Below, one piece after another: positions 1-10,684 of a stretch of 64,000 nt of DNA. Source of the DNA: a bacterium. Lineage in GTDB: Bacteria > Patescibacteriota > Minisyncoccia > Phycocordibacterales > UBA5272. The notes under the pieces were generated by a model, which was not told where the DNA came from, searched no databases, and saw only the letters and a list, made by a program, of their open reading frames with translations. Location: NCBI GenBank assembly GCA_043771335.1, contig JAYVHM010000007.1:3625-67624 (forward strand). Reading direction: 5' to 3'. A program made the translations under genes and the position numbers. The number at the start of each line of letters is the position of its first letter. Within the stretch, counting starts at the first letter, position 1.

Positions 1-1
1 A

Positions 2-1174
2 GATCAAAAAAAGTCCAATGTTCCACAGGATGTAGACAAGATAGTTTATACCGTAGCTATTAGTAGTGACAATGAAGAGTTGATGGCTGCTCATCATATC
101 GCAAACAATTCTCCTAAAAAAGTTAAAATATTAACCTATGCCGAGGCACTGGGTGAGATGAGTAATACAAAAAAAGTAATAGCCATTTCTGGTAGTCATG
201 GTAAAACTACAACCACTGCCATGACTTATTTTGCCCTAAAAGAAGCAGGGTTAGATCCAAGTGTGATAATAGGCTCACTTATAAATATAAATGGTTGTAA
301 AACTAATTATGTGCCAAGCAATAGCAAAGATAGTGAGTGGTTAATAATAGAAGCTTGTGAATATAAGAGAAGCTTCATGAACTATAATCCAGAGATTATA
401 TTAGTTACAAATATTGACAATGATCATCTGGATTATTTTAAGGATTTAGATGAGATAAAAACTACTTTCCAAGATTTTGTAAACAAATTAAACATTAACT
501 TAAGTCAAAAATCAGGATCAAAAAAATTAATTACTCATGATTCCGAAAATTATTTACATCTCGAGAATGAGGAAAATGTTATACATTGTAATCAAATAGA
601 ATTGAGCACCATAGAATTATCTGTTCCTGGCTTACATAATAGGAAAAATGCACAACTGGTACTGGCCCTATCAAATGTCTTAGGATTAGAAAATCAAAAA
701 GTAAGACAAGGTCTTAAGAATTTCGTCGGTACATGGAGAAGACAAGAGTATAAGGGTAAGTATTTTGATATGGATTTCTACGATGATTATGCTCATCATC
801 CCAGTGAGATAAAAGCAACTCTACAAGCTTTTAGAGAAAAGTGTGTAGGCAAAAAACTAGTAACCATCTTTCAGCCACATCTCTACAGCAGAACTAAGAT
901 CCTTTTTGATGATTTTTCAAAAGCTTTTACCGATGCAGATGAAGTTATAATTTTGCCTATTTACGCAGCTAGAGAAAAATTTGACGAGACCATTAGCAGT
1001 GACATGTTAGCTCAGGCCCTAAATAATAATGAAGTAAAGGCGACTTTAATAAAAGTGGGAGAAACAAATTATTGGCAGACATTAAAAGATTATATAGAGA
1101 TAAAGGCAGAAAAGGATACTGTTTTTATTACCATGGGTGCTGGTGATGTGTATCATATTTATGATATAATGTAA
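2..1174 (+). CDS. murC: UDP-N-acetylmuramate--L-alanine ligase (5'-truncated by window)
   Basis: Frame open from base 2; GSHGKTTTT P-loop, EACEY, TNIDNDHLD, DDYAHHP, FQPH, MGAGD motifs. Confidence 0.93.
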   Translation, partial: DQKKSNVPQDVDKIVYTVAISSDNEELMAAHHIANNSPKKVKILTYAEALGEMSNTKKVIAISGSHGKTTTTAMTYFALKEAGLDPSVIIGSLININGCKTNYVPSNSKDSEWLIIEACEYKRSFMNYNPEIILVTNIDNDHLDYFKDLDEIKTTFQDFVNKLNINLSQKSGSKKLITHDSENYLHLENEENVIHCNQIELSTIELSVPGLHNRKNAQLVLALSNVLGLENQKVRQGLKNFVGTWRRQEYKGKYFDMDFYDDYAHHPSEIKATLQAFREKCVGKKLVTIFQPHLYSRTKILFDDFSKAFTDADEVIILPIYAAREKFDETISSDMLAQALNNNEVKATLIKVGETNYWQTLKDYIEIKAEKDTVFITMGAGDVYHIYDIM

Positions 1175-1180
1175 TCAATT

Positions 1181-2452
1181 ATGAAATTATCACAATCTTT
1201 TTCCAAAACCAGTAAGAATATCCCAGCAGATGAGTCTAGCAAAAACGCTCAGCTACTAATACGCGCAGGTTATATACACAAGGAGCTTGCTGGAGTTTAT
1301 TCTTTTACTCCACTCGGATTTAAGACATTGCAAAATGTAATTAGAATTATAAGAGAAGAGATGAATAAAACTGGAGCAGAAGAGATGTTCATGAGCACAT
1401 TACAAGATCCTGAGTTATACAAAAAAACAAATAGATGGGATGATGAAGTTGTTGATGTCTGGTTTAGAACAAAACTTAAAAATGATACAGAGCTCGGTAT
1501 GGGTTTTACTCACGAAGAAGACATAACTAATATCGCCTCTAAATATATTAGTAGTTACAAGGATTTGCCAAAAATGGCTTATCAATTTCAAAATAAATTT
1601 AGAAATGAAACCAGGGCAAAAAGTGGAATAATGAGAACCAGAGAGTTCATAATGAAGGATTTATACACTTTTTCAAAAAGCGAAAAAGAGCATTTGGAAA
1701 TATACGAAGAAATAAAAAAAGCATATATAAATATTTTTAAAAGATTAGGTATGGGTAAGGAGACATTTGTAACCTTTGCCTCTGGAGGAGTATTTTCAAA
1801 ATATTCACATGAATTTCAAACCGTATGTTCTGCTGGTGAGGATGAGATATACATATGTGATAGATTAGGTATGGCCATCAACAAAGAAGTTTTTAATGAT
1901 GAAGTTTTAAATGATTTGGGTATAAAAAAAGATGAATGTAGAATAGAGTTATCGAGTGAGGTTGGTAACATATTTTCACTTGGCACAAAGTTTTCTTCTA
2001 CGCTTGATTTAAGATTTAAGGACGAGCTTGGCGAATCTCATGATGTTATTATGGGTTCATATGGCATAGGTCCAGCGCGCGTTATGGGTGTTATGTGTGA
2101 GCTTATGAGTGATGAAAATGGCCTAGTCTGGCCCCACACTGTGGCACCATACGCGTTACACTTAGTGTCACTGCATAAGGAAGATGGCGACGAAGTTTAC
2201 AATTATGCAAAAGATATATATCAGAAACTTTTAGAAAGTAATGTAGAGGTGATTTGGGATGACAGGAGCGGGGTTGGTACAGGGGAAAAATTGGGAGATG
2301 CTGACTTACTCGGTATTCCTATGCGAGTGCTTGTATCAGCAAAGACAATCTTAGAAGATAGTGTAGAAATAAAAGAAAGAGTTGCTAAAAAAGAAGAAAG
2401 TGAAATAGTAAAAACTACTGCCTTCTTAGAAAGTTACACAAAGAGCTGTTAA
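1181..2452 (+). CDS. proS: Proline--tRNA ligase (short form, no editing domain)
   Basis: LLIRAGY, THEE, FRNETR..GIMRTREF, MGSYGIG motifs plus C-terminal anticodon-binding domain. Confidence 0.96.
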   Translation: MKLSQSFSKTSKNIPADESSKNAQLLIRAGYIHKELAGVYSFTPLGFKTLQNVIRIIREEMNKTGAEEMFMSTLQDPELYKKTNRWDDEVVDVWFRTKLKNDTELGMGFTHEEDITNIASKYISSYKDLPKMAYQFQNKFRNETRAKSGIMRTREFIMKDLYTFSKSEKEHLEIYEEIKKAYINIFKRLGMGKETFVTFASGGVFSKYSHEFQTVCSAGEDEIYICDRLGMAINKEVFNDEVLNDLGIKKDECRIELSSEVGNIFSLGTKFSSTLDLRFKDELGESHDVIMGSYGIGPARVMGVMCELMSDENGLVWPHTVAPYALHLVSLHKEDGDEVYNYAKDIYQKLLESNVEVIWDDRSGVGTGEKLGDADLLGIPMRVLVSAKTILEDSVEIKERVAKKEESEIVKTTAFLESYTKSC

Positions 2453-2464
2453 TCTATAGTTGTG

Positions 2465-3595
2465 ATGTCAATTCAAAACATAGCTTTTCTTTTAATATTA
2501 ATAAAAATAATATTTGTGTATTTTTTATATACAGAAAAAAGTTTTTATAAGTTATTTTTTGCTTCTATAGTTTATGGTTATGCTATGTTTTTCTTTTTGT
2601 ATGGCAGAATACCAAATGACATAACTGGGAATTACAGCCTATTCTCAAATATTTTAATTATATCTTTTCTGATTTTGATACAGGCTATTTTTCATCTATC
2701 TTATCTATTTACCAACTTTGCAAAGAAGATGAAAAAAACTTATATAAAAATATTTTCATTTTCAATACTACTTGTCATCTCTGAACTGTTAATATCTTAT
2801 GGCATGTCTATTGTATTTGCTAAGAGGCTTGCCCTCGATTTTGTTTTTTCAAATACTGGTTTTGCACTTTCTTTTACTCCATTTGTTTATTTTGCAAAAT
2901 ATACACATGTATTTATTCTAACTTTTATATTTGGATTACTTATTGGCTCTTTTTTAGAATCAAAAATACAAAAAAAGTTTCTAATATTAATTACTTTTTG
3001 TTTCTTTTCTATTACTTATTTTAATATGAGTAATTTTCTAAAAAGAGAAGAGAGTAAAAGTTATGCAGAGTTAGAAAAAGTTTTAATAAAAAAAGAAGGA
3101 GCTAGGTGGATAAGGAATGATTTTACAAAATTATATGAAAAAAAATACGATCTCATAATTGACGGTGACATAATAAAAGAAGAAGGGAAAACCTATAACA
3201 CTTCTATTTTTTATGATATTAAAAATGATAAAAAAGTCATAAATTACAAATCTTTTTTGGTGCCATTTGGAGAGTATTTGCCGAGCACTTTTAGCTGGAT
3301 AAAATATATTTATCCAGATGTTTATGAGAAAATGAAAACAGAGCATACATATACAGCAAAAGAAAAAAATGAAGTATTTGTGTATAATGACAAAAAAATA
3401 ATCACCCTCATCTGTTCTGATGCTTGGTCGCCAGCTTCTACCTTAAAAGTAAAAATACAACAACCAGACTTTGTAATATTACAGAGAAGTGACACGGCTT
3501 TTAATTACAGTGATGTTTATGATGCTAACATATTACTCTGGAAGCCAGTAGCTTACAACTTCTTAGAGACAAATGTTTTAGATGTTAACAGATAG
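2465..3595 (+). CDS. Divergent apolipoprotein N-acyltransferase (Lnt)-like membrane protein
   Basis: About 6 N-terminal TM segments followed by YNTS, YKSFLVPFGEY and LICSD, matching Lnt/nitrilase-fold motifs. Confidence 0.7.
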   Translation: MSIQNIAFLLILIKIIFVYFLYTEKSFYKLFFASIVYGYAMFFFLYGRIPNDITGNYSLFSNILIISFLILIQAIFHLSYLFTNFAKKMKKTYIKIFSFSILLVISELLISYGMSIVFAKRLALDFVFSNTGFALSFTPFVYFAKYTHVFILTFIFGLLIGSFLESKIQKKFLILITFCFFSITYFNMSNFLKREESKSYAELEKVLIKKEGARWIRNDFTKLYEKKYDLIIDGDIIKEEGKTYNTSIFYDIKNDKKVINYKSFLVPFGEYLPSTFSWIKYIYPDVYEKMKTEHTYTAKEKNEVFVYNDKKIITLICSDAWSPASTLKVKIQQPDFVILQRSDTAFNYSDVYDANILLWKPVAYNFLETNVLDVNR

Positions 3596-3622
3596 TATTT
3601 TATGTTATACTAATAATTAATC

Positions 3623-4027
3623 ATGGAAGATAATATAAATTACGAGATATATACTGAAAATATCTTAGAAAAAGCAAAAGATAAAAGTTTTGATTTACAG
3701 GATTCAGATGATATAGAAAAATATATTTTTGGAAAAGGCGTGAACCCTTCTTGTGGAGACATGGGTCATATGTATGTATTATTAGAAAAGAATGAGCATG
3801 GAGATAGTATAATAAAAAATATAAAACTAAAAAAAGAAGGCTGTGCTATCTCCGTCGCTGGTATGAATATGCTAAGTGAAAAATTAATAGGTCAAAATCT
3901 AGATAATTTTAAAAATATAGTTCCCGGTGACATATACAGTATGCTAGGAATAAGAATATCCCCAAGTAGGGCAGGCTGCGCACTTTTGTGTTATAATGCT
4001 TTTGAGGATTTTCTAAAGAAAATATAA
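3623..4027 (+). CDS. sufU: SufU/IscU-type Fe-S assembly scaffold
   Basis: NPSCGD, GCAIS and RAGCA: three conserved Cys. Confidence 0.88.
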   Translation: MEDNINYEIYTENILEKAKDKSFDLQDSDDIEKYIFGKGVNPSCGDMGHMYVLLEKNEHGDSIIKNIKLKKEGCAISVAGMNMLSEKLIGQNLDNFKNIVPGDIYSMLGIRISPSRAGCALLCYNAFEDFLKKI

Positions 4028-4030
4028 AAT

Positions 4031-4708
4031 ATGTTACAAATTAAAAATCTAAAAGTAGAGAATAATACAGGAATGACTTTGATAGAAGAAGCTTCTTTTA
4101 TTATGAATTTAGGGGAAATAGTGAAGCTAGAAGGTATGAATGGTAGTGGTAAGACGACACTTTTAAATGCTATTTTTAAAAATCCAGACTACAGAATAGT
4201 GAGTGGAGACATTATTTTAAATGAGAAAAGTGTTTTAGGTTTTGAGACTTTTGAGATGGTGAGAGCTGGTATGTATTTAGGTTTACAGTTTTCTCCAGAG
4301 ATACAGGGTGTTAGCACTATAAAGTTTTTATACAAAGCTTTTCAAAACATATACAAAGAAAACAAAAAAAGTATTTTAGACTTTAAAAAAGAATTAGAAG
4401 AAAAATGCGATATGTTTTATTTAGATAAAAGCTTTTTAAGTAAAGATTTGAATTTGGATTATTCTGGAGGACAGAAAAAACAAGCCAGCTTAATATATGC
4501 TCTTGCTCTAATGCCAAAGTATTTATTTTTAGATGAACCAGACAGTGGAGTAGATACTGAGTCTCTTGCTATGGTTTACAAAGTTGTAAATTATATGAAG
4601 GAAAATGGTTCGGCCATATTACTCACCAGCCATAATACTGAAACTGATAATAATTTGAGTTTCGATAGGGTGTATAGAATAGAAAATAAAAAACTAAGTA
4701 TAAAATAA
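4031..4708 (+). CDS. sufC: Fe-S assembly ABC ATPase SufC
   Basis: GMNGSGKT, Q.SPEIQGV, YSGGQKK, LDEPDSGVD. Confidence 0.88.
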   Translation: MLQIKNLKVENNTGMTLIEEASFIMNLGEIVKLEGMNGSGKTTLLNAIFKNPDYRIVSGDIILNEKSVLGFETFEMVRAGMYLGLQFSPEIQGVSTIKFLYKAFQNIYKENKKSILDFKKELEEKCDMFYLDKSFLSKDLNLDYSGGQKKQASLIYALALMPKYLFLDEPDSGVDTESLAMVYKVVNYMKENGSAILLTSHNTETDNNLSFDRVYRIENKKLSIK

Positions 4709-4714
4709 AATTAT

Positions 4715-5035
4715 ATGCAAAAAAATGAATTAAATAAAGAGTTAATTTTAGAGAAATTAAAAAATGTTTTAGATCCTGAGTTAAATATAGACATAGTAAG
4801 ACTAGGACTAATAAGAGACGTATTGGTTGGGGAATATTTTGAAGAGATAAACCAACATGAATTTGTAAAAATTTTAATAACCTTAACTAGTCCCATGTGT
4901 CCATTTTCTGATTATATTATCTCTGAAATAGAAAATAATATATTAGAGATGGGTTGTGGTGACGTGATTGTAGATATAACTTTTGATCCACCATGGCAAT
5001 GCCCAGATGATTTAAAATTAGAAATGGGTTTATAA
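4715..5035 (+). CDS. DUF59/SufT-like Fe-S maturation protein
   Basis: V.DPEL.IDIV.LGLI, TLTSPMCP, FDPPW. Confidence 0.9.
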   Translation: MQKNELNKELILEKLKNVLDPELNIDIVRLGLIRDVLVGEYFEEINQHEFVKILITLTSPMCPFSDYIISEIENNILEMGCGDVIVDITFDPPWQCPDDLKLEMGL

Positions 5036-5043
5036 AATAAAAA

Positions 5044-5781
5044 CTATTTTATTTTTAATGCTTGGTCTATTACTTTAGAGACATACTTCTCATCACGAGC
5101 GCCATTGATTACTGTTAGTATTCTGTATTCTCTGCCTTCATTAATCAGGACAAAAGTGTTTGGTGTGCCCTGAACACCAACCTCTAATCCATCAGACAAA
5201 TCTTCTTGTACTGCAGCAGCGTAAGTGCTACTTGCCATACAATTATTCCATTTGTTTCTATCTACACCCAAATCCTTTGCCATCTGTTCTAAGCTACTGA
5301 GTTCCAGACTGTCATTGCCATTCGTTGTTTCAAATATTTTTGTTATGTATGCTTTATAAGCATCATTACCACCTATAGATCTGACACAAAGAGTCGCCTC
5401 AGATTCTTTTGGTGCTTTTTTATGTATAGAGAGTGGGAAGTGTCTGTAGGCTATTCCTATACTATCTTTGTATTTAGAATAAATATTTTCCATAGTCTCA
5501 ACATGAAACTTTTTACAAAAAGGACATTCTAGATCTGAGTATTCTACCAGAATCACTTTTCTATTCTTGTTACCGATCATGAATTCTTCTTGTTTTAATT
5601 CTCTCCCAGAAAATATTGTATCAGGGTCTATAAAGTTAGTGTTTTTAACATAATTATTACCAGCAAAAGAATATATAATTGCTATTGCTATTATAATAGC
5701 ACCTGTAGTTATTGCTAAAAAATTATTATTAACTTTCTTTGTTTTTGAGTGTGCCTCACTTTGTGATGTTGTGTGTTCCAT
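5044..5781 (-). CDS. Membrane-anchored DsbA-family thiol-disulfide oxidoreductase
   Basis: N-terminal TM helix, EYSDLECPFC, YRHFPL, GVQGTP. Confidence 0.92.
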   Translation of the reverse strand: MEHTTSQSEAHSKTKKVNNNFLAITTGAIIIAIAIIYSFAGNNYVKNTNFIDPDTIFSGRELKQEEFMIGNKNRKVILVEYSDLECPFCKKFHVETMENIYSKYKDSIGIAYRHFPLSIHKKAPKESEATLCVRSIGGNDAYKAYITKIFETTNGNDSLELSSLEQMAKDLGVDRNKWNNCMASSTYAAAVQEDLSDGLEVGVQGTPNTFVLINEGREYRILTVINGARDEKYVSKVIDQALKIK

Positions 5782-5814
5782 ATTTTTGTATTATACTTAT
5801 TATACTACATACAT

Positions 5815-6405
5815 ATGAATACTGCTATAAATTTTAAGTCTCTTATCCACTATATAAAAATAATAGTAAAATCTTTATTAGAATTCTTGCCAATATTAAG
5901 TTTTTTTATCATATATGAAGTAACCCATAGAAACTTTTTTGCAGCAACATTTTTCATGATGCTAATGACTATACTTTACACTTTTTACACTTTCCATAGA
6001 GAGAAGCGTTTGCCTTACTTAGCTCTTTTTATATCTTTGGAGACTACAGTTTTTGGTAGCCTAACTTTACTTTTAAGAGACCCTGTCTACATACAGATAC
6101 GTGACACTTCTTATGATCTTGTTTTAGGAACATTAATATTAATAACTGGATATATGAAAACCCCAATAATCAAAAAGTTCTTTGGTCATATTTTTAATTT
6201 AGATATTAATACTTGGGTAAAACTTTCTTATCAATGGGCATTTTTCCTTATTAGTTTCGGACTTACAAATGAAATAGTTAGGAGACACTTTACTGAACCT
6301 TTTTGGGTTAATTATAAATTTTGTGTATTTTCTACTACGATAATATTTGGATTGTATTTATTTTGGAAGTATAGAAAATTAGTTAACAATGTAGATATAA
6401 TATAG
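5815..6405 (+). CDS. YciB/IspZ-family inner membrane protein
   Basis: EFLP..FF, FGSLTL..RDP.YIQI, NEIV, FWVNYK; ATG at 5815 preferred. Confidence 0.82.
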   Translation: MNTAINFKSLIHYIKIIVKSLLEFLPILSFFIIYEVTHRNFFAATFFMMLMTILYTFYTFHREKRLPYLALFISLETTVFGSLTLLLRDPVYIQIRDTSYDLVLGTLILITGYMKTPIIKKFFGHIFNLDINTWVKLSYQWAFFLISFGLTNEIVRRHFTEPFWVNYKFCVFSTTIIFGLYLFWKYRKLVNNVDII

Positions 6406-6492
6406 TCAGAAAAAGTTAGTAGCTATACTTTTCCACAGCTAAGATTAGGGTATGGCTATTTTTATCTTTGTGTGTTATACTTTAAATACATT

Positions 6493-6867
6493 ATGAAAAA
6501 ATTGTATGTTGGCGGTCTGCCATTTCGTTTCGAAGATCAGGACCTTGTAGAGCTTTTTGCGCCTTTTGGAAAAGCATCATCTGCAACTATTATTAGAGAC
6601 AGGGCTTTTAACAATAGATCAAAGGGATTTGGTTTTGTTGAGATGGACGGTGCTGAGGCTGATGCAGCTATTGCTGCACTTGACCAAAGTGAACTAGACG
6701 GCAGAAGCCTTACAGTTAACGAAGCTCGCCCAATGGAAGCTAGACCACCTAGAACAGGAGGTTTCAGCCGTGATGGTGGATCTCGCGATTCAGGCTCACG
6801 TGGTGGATTCGGTGGAGGTTCTCGCGGAGGTGACTCACGTGGTGGACGCGACCGTGATTCTTACTAA
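6493..6867 (+). CDS. RRM RNA-binding protein with Gly/Arg-rich tail
   Basis: RNP2 LYVGGL, RNP1 KGFGFVEM, VNEARP, RGG repeats. Confidence 0.95.
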   Translation: MKKLYVGGLPFRFEDQDLVELFAPFGKASSATIIRDRAFNNRSKGFGFVEMDGAEADAAIAALDQSELDGRSLTVNEARPMEARPPRTGGFSRDGGSRDSGSRGGFGGGSRGGDSRGGRDRDSY

Positions 6868-6918
6868 TCAGTCTTACTAAAACAATCTTCTTTAATTCTA
6901 ATTTTTGAATTTAAGATA

Positions 6919-6959
6919 AAAATAAAAAGTGACGAACTAAGTTCGTCACTTTTTATTTT
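6919..6959. terminator. Perfect 19-bp-arm palindrome, intrinsic terminator-like
   Basis: aaaataaaaagtgacgaac-taa-gttcgtcactttttatttt. Confidence 0.85.
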
Positions 6960-7026
6960 ACCAATTCACAACTACATTTCTTTTTCTATGCTATAATTAT
7001 TAGTAACAAAAATAAAAATACTAAAC

Positions 7027-7911
7027 ATGAAAAATACAAACAATTCTTTTACTAATTTGTTCGTCTTACCATTTGATCACAGAGCAGGGTTTGCACAGAA
7101 GATGTTAGGTTTCGGAGAGATACTAACTCTAGATGAAAAGAGAATAGTAACTAGTTACAAGCAGATTATATACGAGGCGATATTCAAAGCCATAGACATG
7201 GGCATAGCAAAAGAGCACAGCGCAGTCTTAGTAGATGAAGTGTACGGGTTAGACATTTTAAAAGACGCGAAAGAAAAAGGGTTAATTACAATGCAAACCA
7301 TAGAGAGATCAGGTCAGGACTTTTTTGATTTTGAATATGAAGACTGGAAGGATCATTTGACAAACATAATGCCAAGCTTTGCAAAAGCATTGGTAAGATA
7401 CGATGTCAGTGCTGATAATTCTGAGCAACTTGGTAGATTAAAAAAACTTAGTGATTTTTGTATAGAAAAGAAAATAGGACTACTGATTGAACCATTAATG
7501 CAAAATAAGAATTATGAAAAAGAGGTTTATGATAATGAATATAGGTGTTTGGATTTGAATAAAATGATATTAGAAATGCAAGATTTTGGCATAGAGGCGA
7601 ATATTTGGAAAATAGAAGGTCTCTACAAAAAAGAACAATACGTTGAAGTTGTAAAAACTGCAAGAAACACCAAAGAGAGGAATGATGTGGGTATTATAAT
7701 ACTTGGCAGAAATGAAAGTAAAGAACATGTAAATCAGTGGATAGTCGCTGGACGTGATGTAGATGGAGTCGTAGGATTTGCAGTAGGTAGAACTATTTTT
7801 TGGGAGCCGCTAATGAAATACAAAAATGCAGAGATTAGTCGTGGCATGGCAGTAGAAGCTATAGCTAGTGACTATTTTGAATATTATAAATTATTTAAAC
7901 ACTTAGAATAA
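7027..7911 (+). CDS. DUF2090 (IolC C-terminal-like) aldolase-fold protein
   Basis: LPFDHR, WKIEG, ILGR, GFAVGRTIF motifs. Confidence 0.82.
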   Translation: MKNTNNSFTNLFVLPFDHRAGFAQKMLGFGEILTLDEKRIVTSYKQIIYEAIFKAIDMGIAKEHSAVLVDEVYGLDILKDAKEKGLITMQTIERSGQDFFDFEYEDWKDHLTNIMPSFAKALVRYDVSADNSEQLGRLKKLSDFCIEKKIGLLIEPLMQNKNYEKEVYDNEYRCLDLNKMILEMQDFGIEANIWKIEGLYKKEQYVEVVKTARNTKERNDVGIIILGRNESKEHVNQWIVAGRDVDGVVGFAVGRTIFWEPLMKYKNAEISRGMAVEAIASDYFEYYKLFKHLE

Positions 7912-7915
7912 GTCT

Positions 7916-8410
7916 TTATATTAATTTAGATATATATTCCCCAACAAAATAAGCGACAGATGCAGAGACAGAGCATATGATAACTGATTGCAGTATGGTT
8001 ACTAATTTGTTCCTGTTCAAGATTCTCCCACGCAAATAACCAATCAGAACAAAAGTTGATATAGTTAAGAGCGTAGACACGAGGAATATATTTTTATTTC
8101 CAATATTTTTCAGTGAATACAAAAAAGGGATTAGTGGTATTGAACCTATTAAAACAAAAGATAAGAATGTGCTAATTGCATTTTTAAAACTCTCCATTTT
8201 TTTATTATGCACTTTTGAATCTTCTGACAAGTAGTCAGCCGAGGCCATAGAAAATCCATCTGAGAATAAGTTAGCTAGTCCAAGTATAATTACTATGCGA
8301 GGAGGTAAGCCAGCACCGAGGGCTCCAGCCATAACAGAAAATGTAGTTACTGCCCCGTCACTACCTCCGTACACCATACTTGGTAAGTATTTTTTTATAT
8401 TGTTTTGCAT
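7916..8410 (-). CDS. VIT1/CCC1 family transporter
   Basis: VYGGSDG.VTTF, GLANLFSDGFSMA. Confidence 0.9.
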   Translation of the reverse strand: MQNNIKKYLPSMVYGGSDGAVTTFSVMAGALGAGLPPRIVIILGLANLFSDGFSMASADYLSEDSKVHNKKMESFKNAISTFLSFVLIGSIPLIPFLYSLKNIGNKNIFLVSTLLTISTFVLIGYLRGRILNRNKLVTILQSVIICSVSASVAYFVGEYISKLI

Positions 8411-8572
8411 GATTTATTTATTACATATAATTATAACATAGACACAAAGCATTTCTTACTACTTTACTTTTATGCACCATGATAGTGTTATAAGTGGGGG
8501 TAAGTTCCTTGCAGGGGATAGTAAATTTTTTGTATAATTAACTTATTATAAGTAATTAATATAGACAAAAAT

Positions 8573-9379
8573 ATGAATCCAGAAAATCAAGCACCAAAGC
8601 CAGAATTATCAGCAAAACATAAAAGTAACATAAAGAATTCTCTCTATACAAAAAAGACAGAACTTGAAAAATTAGAAAAAGACCTGAAATACGTAACAGG
8701 AAAAGCCAATAAAGCTGAATTAGAAGACAAAATAATTAAGCTTGAAGGAGAGATAAGGATAAATGAGGAAGAAGGAAAAATTACAAGAGCAAACGATAGA
8801 AATTTTGAAGCTCGCATGAGTTTTGATCAGGCTCAGATTAGCGCATTAGATGATTTTGTTAAATACGCCAAATCAGAAAAAGGGTCAGACCAGCTAAAGG
8901 CCATGGGAGTTATCTACAGATCAATAGATGATGGGAAAAATGATCTTATGGCTAAAAATTCTTTTGATAGTTTTATAAAAGCGTACAGAGCTGAGAGGAA
9001 AAAAATAATAATAAAACAAGATGTCACTGATTTAGATAATTATGTCCTAAGATATGAAAAAGCTTTTGGATTAGAGAGTAAGCCTTTTATAAGTGAGCAA
9101 GAAAAGAAAGAGAGTTCACAGAGAGAGGCCAGTCTAAGCCATAAAGATTCTCAAGAATTTGTTAAAAACACCCTTGTCACCATAAGAAACATGGAACAGA
9201 ACCTTTTAGAGGCTAAAGCTAGGGCGCCAAGAAAGATATTAGGAGGATTAGATACAAAAGAAACACAGCCAATAGAGGACGAGATTGCATCATTAAAAAG
9301 AAAACTTGCCATTGCCGTATCTTCCGCAGCTAGTGATTATTTAGGTGTGCATATAAATTATTCAGACATAGGAGCGTAA
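8573..9379 (+). CDS. Hypothetical charged coiled-coil protein
   Basis: 268-aa ORF, no recognisable motif. Confidence 0.7.
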   Translation: MNPENQAPKPELSAKHKSNIKNSLYTKKTELEKLEKDLKYVTGKANKAELEDKIIKLEGEIRINEEEGKITRANDRNFEARMSFDQAQISALDDFVKYAKSEKGSDQLKAMGVIYRSIDDGKNDLMAKNSFDSFIKAYRAERKKIIIKQDVTDLDNYVLRYEKAFGLESKPFISEQEKKESSQREASLSHKDSQEFVKNTLVTIRNMEQNLLEAKARAPRKILGGLDTKETQPIEDEIASLKRKLAIAVSSAASDYLGVHINYSDIGA

Positions 9380-9447
9380 ATATTCCCTATTAAAAAACTT
9401 ATATAAGATAGCACATTCTACTCGTGGAATGTGCTATAATTATTTGT

Positions 9448-10683
9448 ATGCAAAATCATGATTACAATCAAGAAGCTCTAGATCTTCATAAAAAGTTTGG
9501 AGGTAAATTAGAAACAGTAAGTAAAGTAAAATTAGAATCTAGAGAAGATTTGTCACGTGCTTACACTCCCGGCGTAGCTGAAGTCTGTAAAGTAATACAT
9601 GAATCTGGTGTAAAATCTCAAAATGAAAATGGAAACAAAATACAAGGGTTAGATACTTCAAGTAGAGAATATACATTAAAAAGAAATACTGTGGCTATCA
9701 TTTCTGATGGGTCAGCAATACTTGGTATTGGTAATCTCGGCGCACATGCTAGCATACCAGTGATGGAGGGTAAGGCAGCTATACTCAAAGAATTTGCAGA
9801 CGTAGATGCATTTCCAATATGTCTAGATACACAAGATACGGAAGAAATAATAAGTATTATAAAAAATATCTCTCCTGTGTTTGGGGGTATTAATCTAGAA
9901 GACATAGCTGCTCCAAAATGTTTTGAAATAGAAGAGAGACTAAGACGAGAATTGACCATACCAGTAATGCATGATGATCAGTGGGGGGCTGCAACTGTTG
10001 CTCTCACTGCTTTAATTAATTCCCTCAAGATAGTAAGTAAAAATAAAGAAGATATAAGAGTGGTACTTAGTGGCGTGGGCGCAGCAGGAGTGGCAACTGC
10101 ACGCCTTCTAATTTCTTACGGTATTAAAAATATTATTTTTATAGATAGTGTAGGGGTAGTTAATAAGCAAAGAAAAGAAGAAGGGGAGATGTTAGGGAAG
10201 AAATTAAACAAAGAAAAATTAGAATTATTAGCACTTACAAATGAACATGATTTAGGCGGTGGCTTGGCTGAAGCTATTAAAAATAGTGATGTGTTCATCG
10301 GCCTCTCAAAGCCAAATGTGTTAACTGTTGATATGATAAAAAGCATGAATGTTAATCCTGTTATTTTTGCATTAGCGAATCCAAATCCGGAGATAAGTGT
10401 AGATGACGCACGCACCGCAGGTGCTCGCGTCATAGCCACTGGCCGCAGCGACTATCCTAATCAAATAAATAATTCATTAGTTTTTCCAGGATTTTGGCGT
10501 GGAGTATTAGACTCACAGTATGTAGGTAATTATAAGGGGATAGACAATAGTATTTTTATAAAAATAGCAAAAGATTTGGCTGAATATACAGAAAATAGTG
10601 AGAGTGGTATAAATGAGAACAGGATACTTCCAGATATGTTCGACAAAAAGGTCGTAGAGATTGTGACTGGTAGTTTTAAATAA
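9448..10683 (+). CDS. NAD(P)-dependent malic enzyme
   Basis: AYTPGVA, DGSAILG.G, PVMEGK, GGINLEDI, HDDQ.G, ALANPNPEI, TGRSDYPNQ; ATG 9448 follows TGCTATAAT. Confidence 0.95.
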   Translation: MQNHDYNQEALDLHKKFGGKLETVSKVKLESREDLSRAYTPGVAEVCKVIHESGVKSQNENGNKIQGLDTSSREYTLKRNTVAIISDGSAILGIGNLGAHASIPVMEGKAAILKEFADVDAFPICLDTQDTEEIISIIKNISPVFGGINLEDIAAPKCFEIEERLRRELTIPVMHDDQWGAATVALTALINSLKIVSKNKEDIRVVLSGVGAAGVATARLLISYGIKNIIFIDSVGVVNKQRKEEGEMLGKKLNKEKLELLALTNEHDLGGGLAEAIKNSDVFIGLSKPNVLTVDMIKSMNVNPVIFALANPNPEISVDDARTAGARVIATGRSDYPNQINNSLVFPGFWRGVLDSQYVGNYKGIDNSIFIKIAKDLAEYTENSESGINENRILPDMFDKKVVEIVTGSFK

Positions 10684-10684
10684 A

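Noticed and set aside
6407-6423. CAGAAAAAGTTAGTAGC resembles the shadow-copy insert
   Set aside because: I found no nearby uninterrupted copy of its flanks; probably chance in AT-rich DNA.
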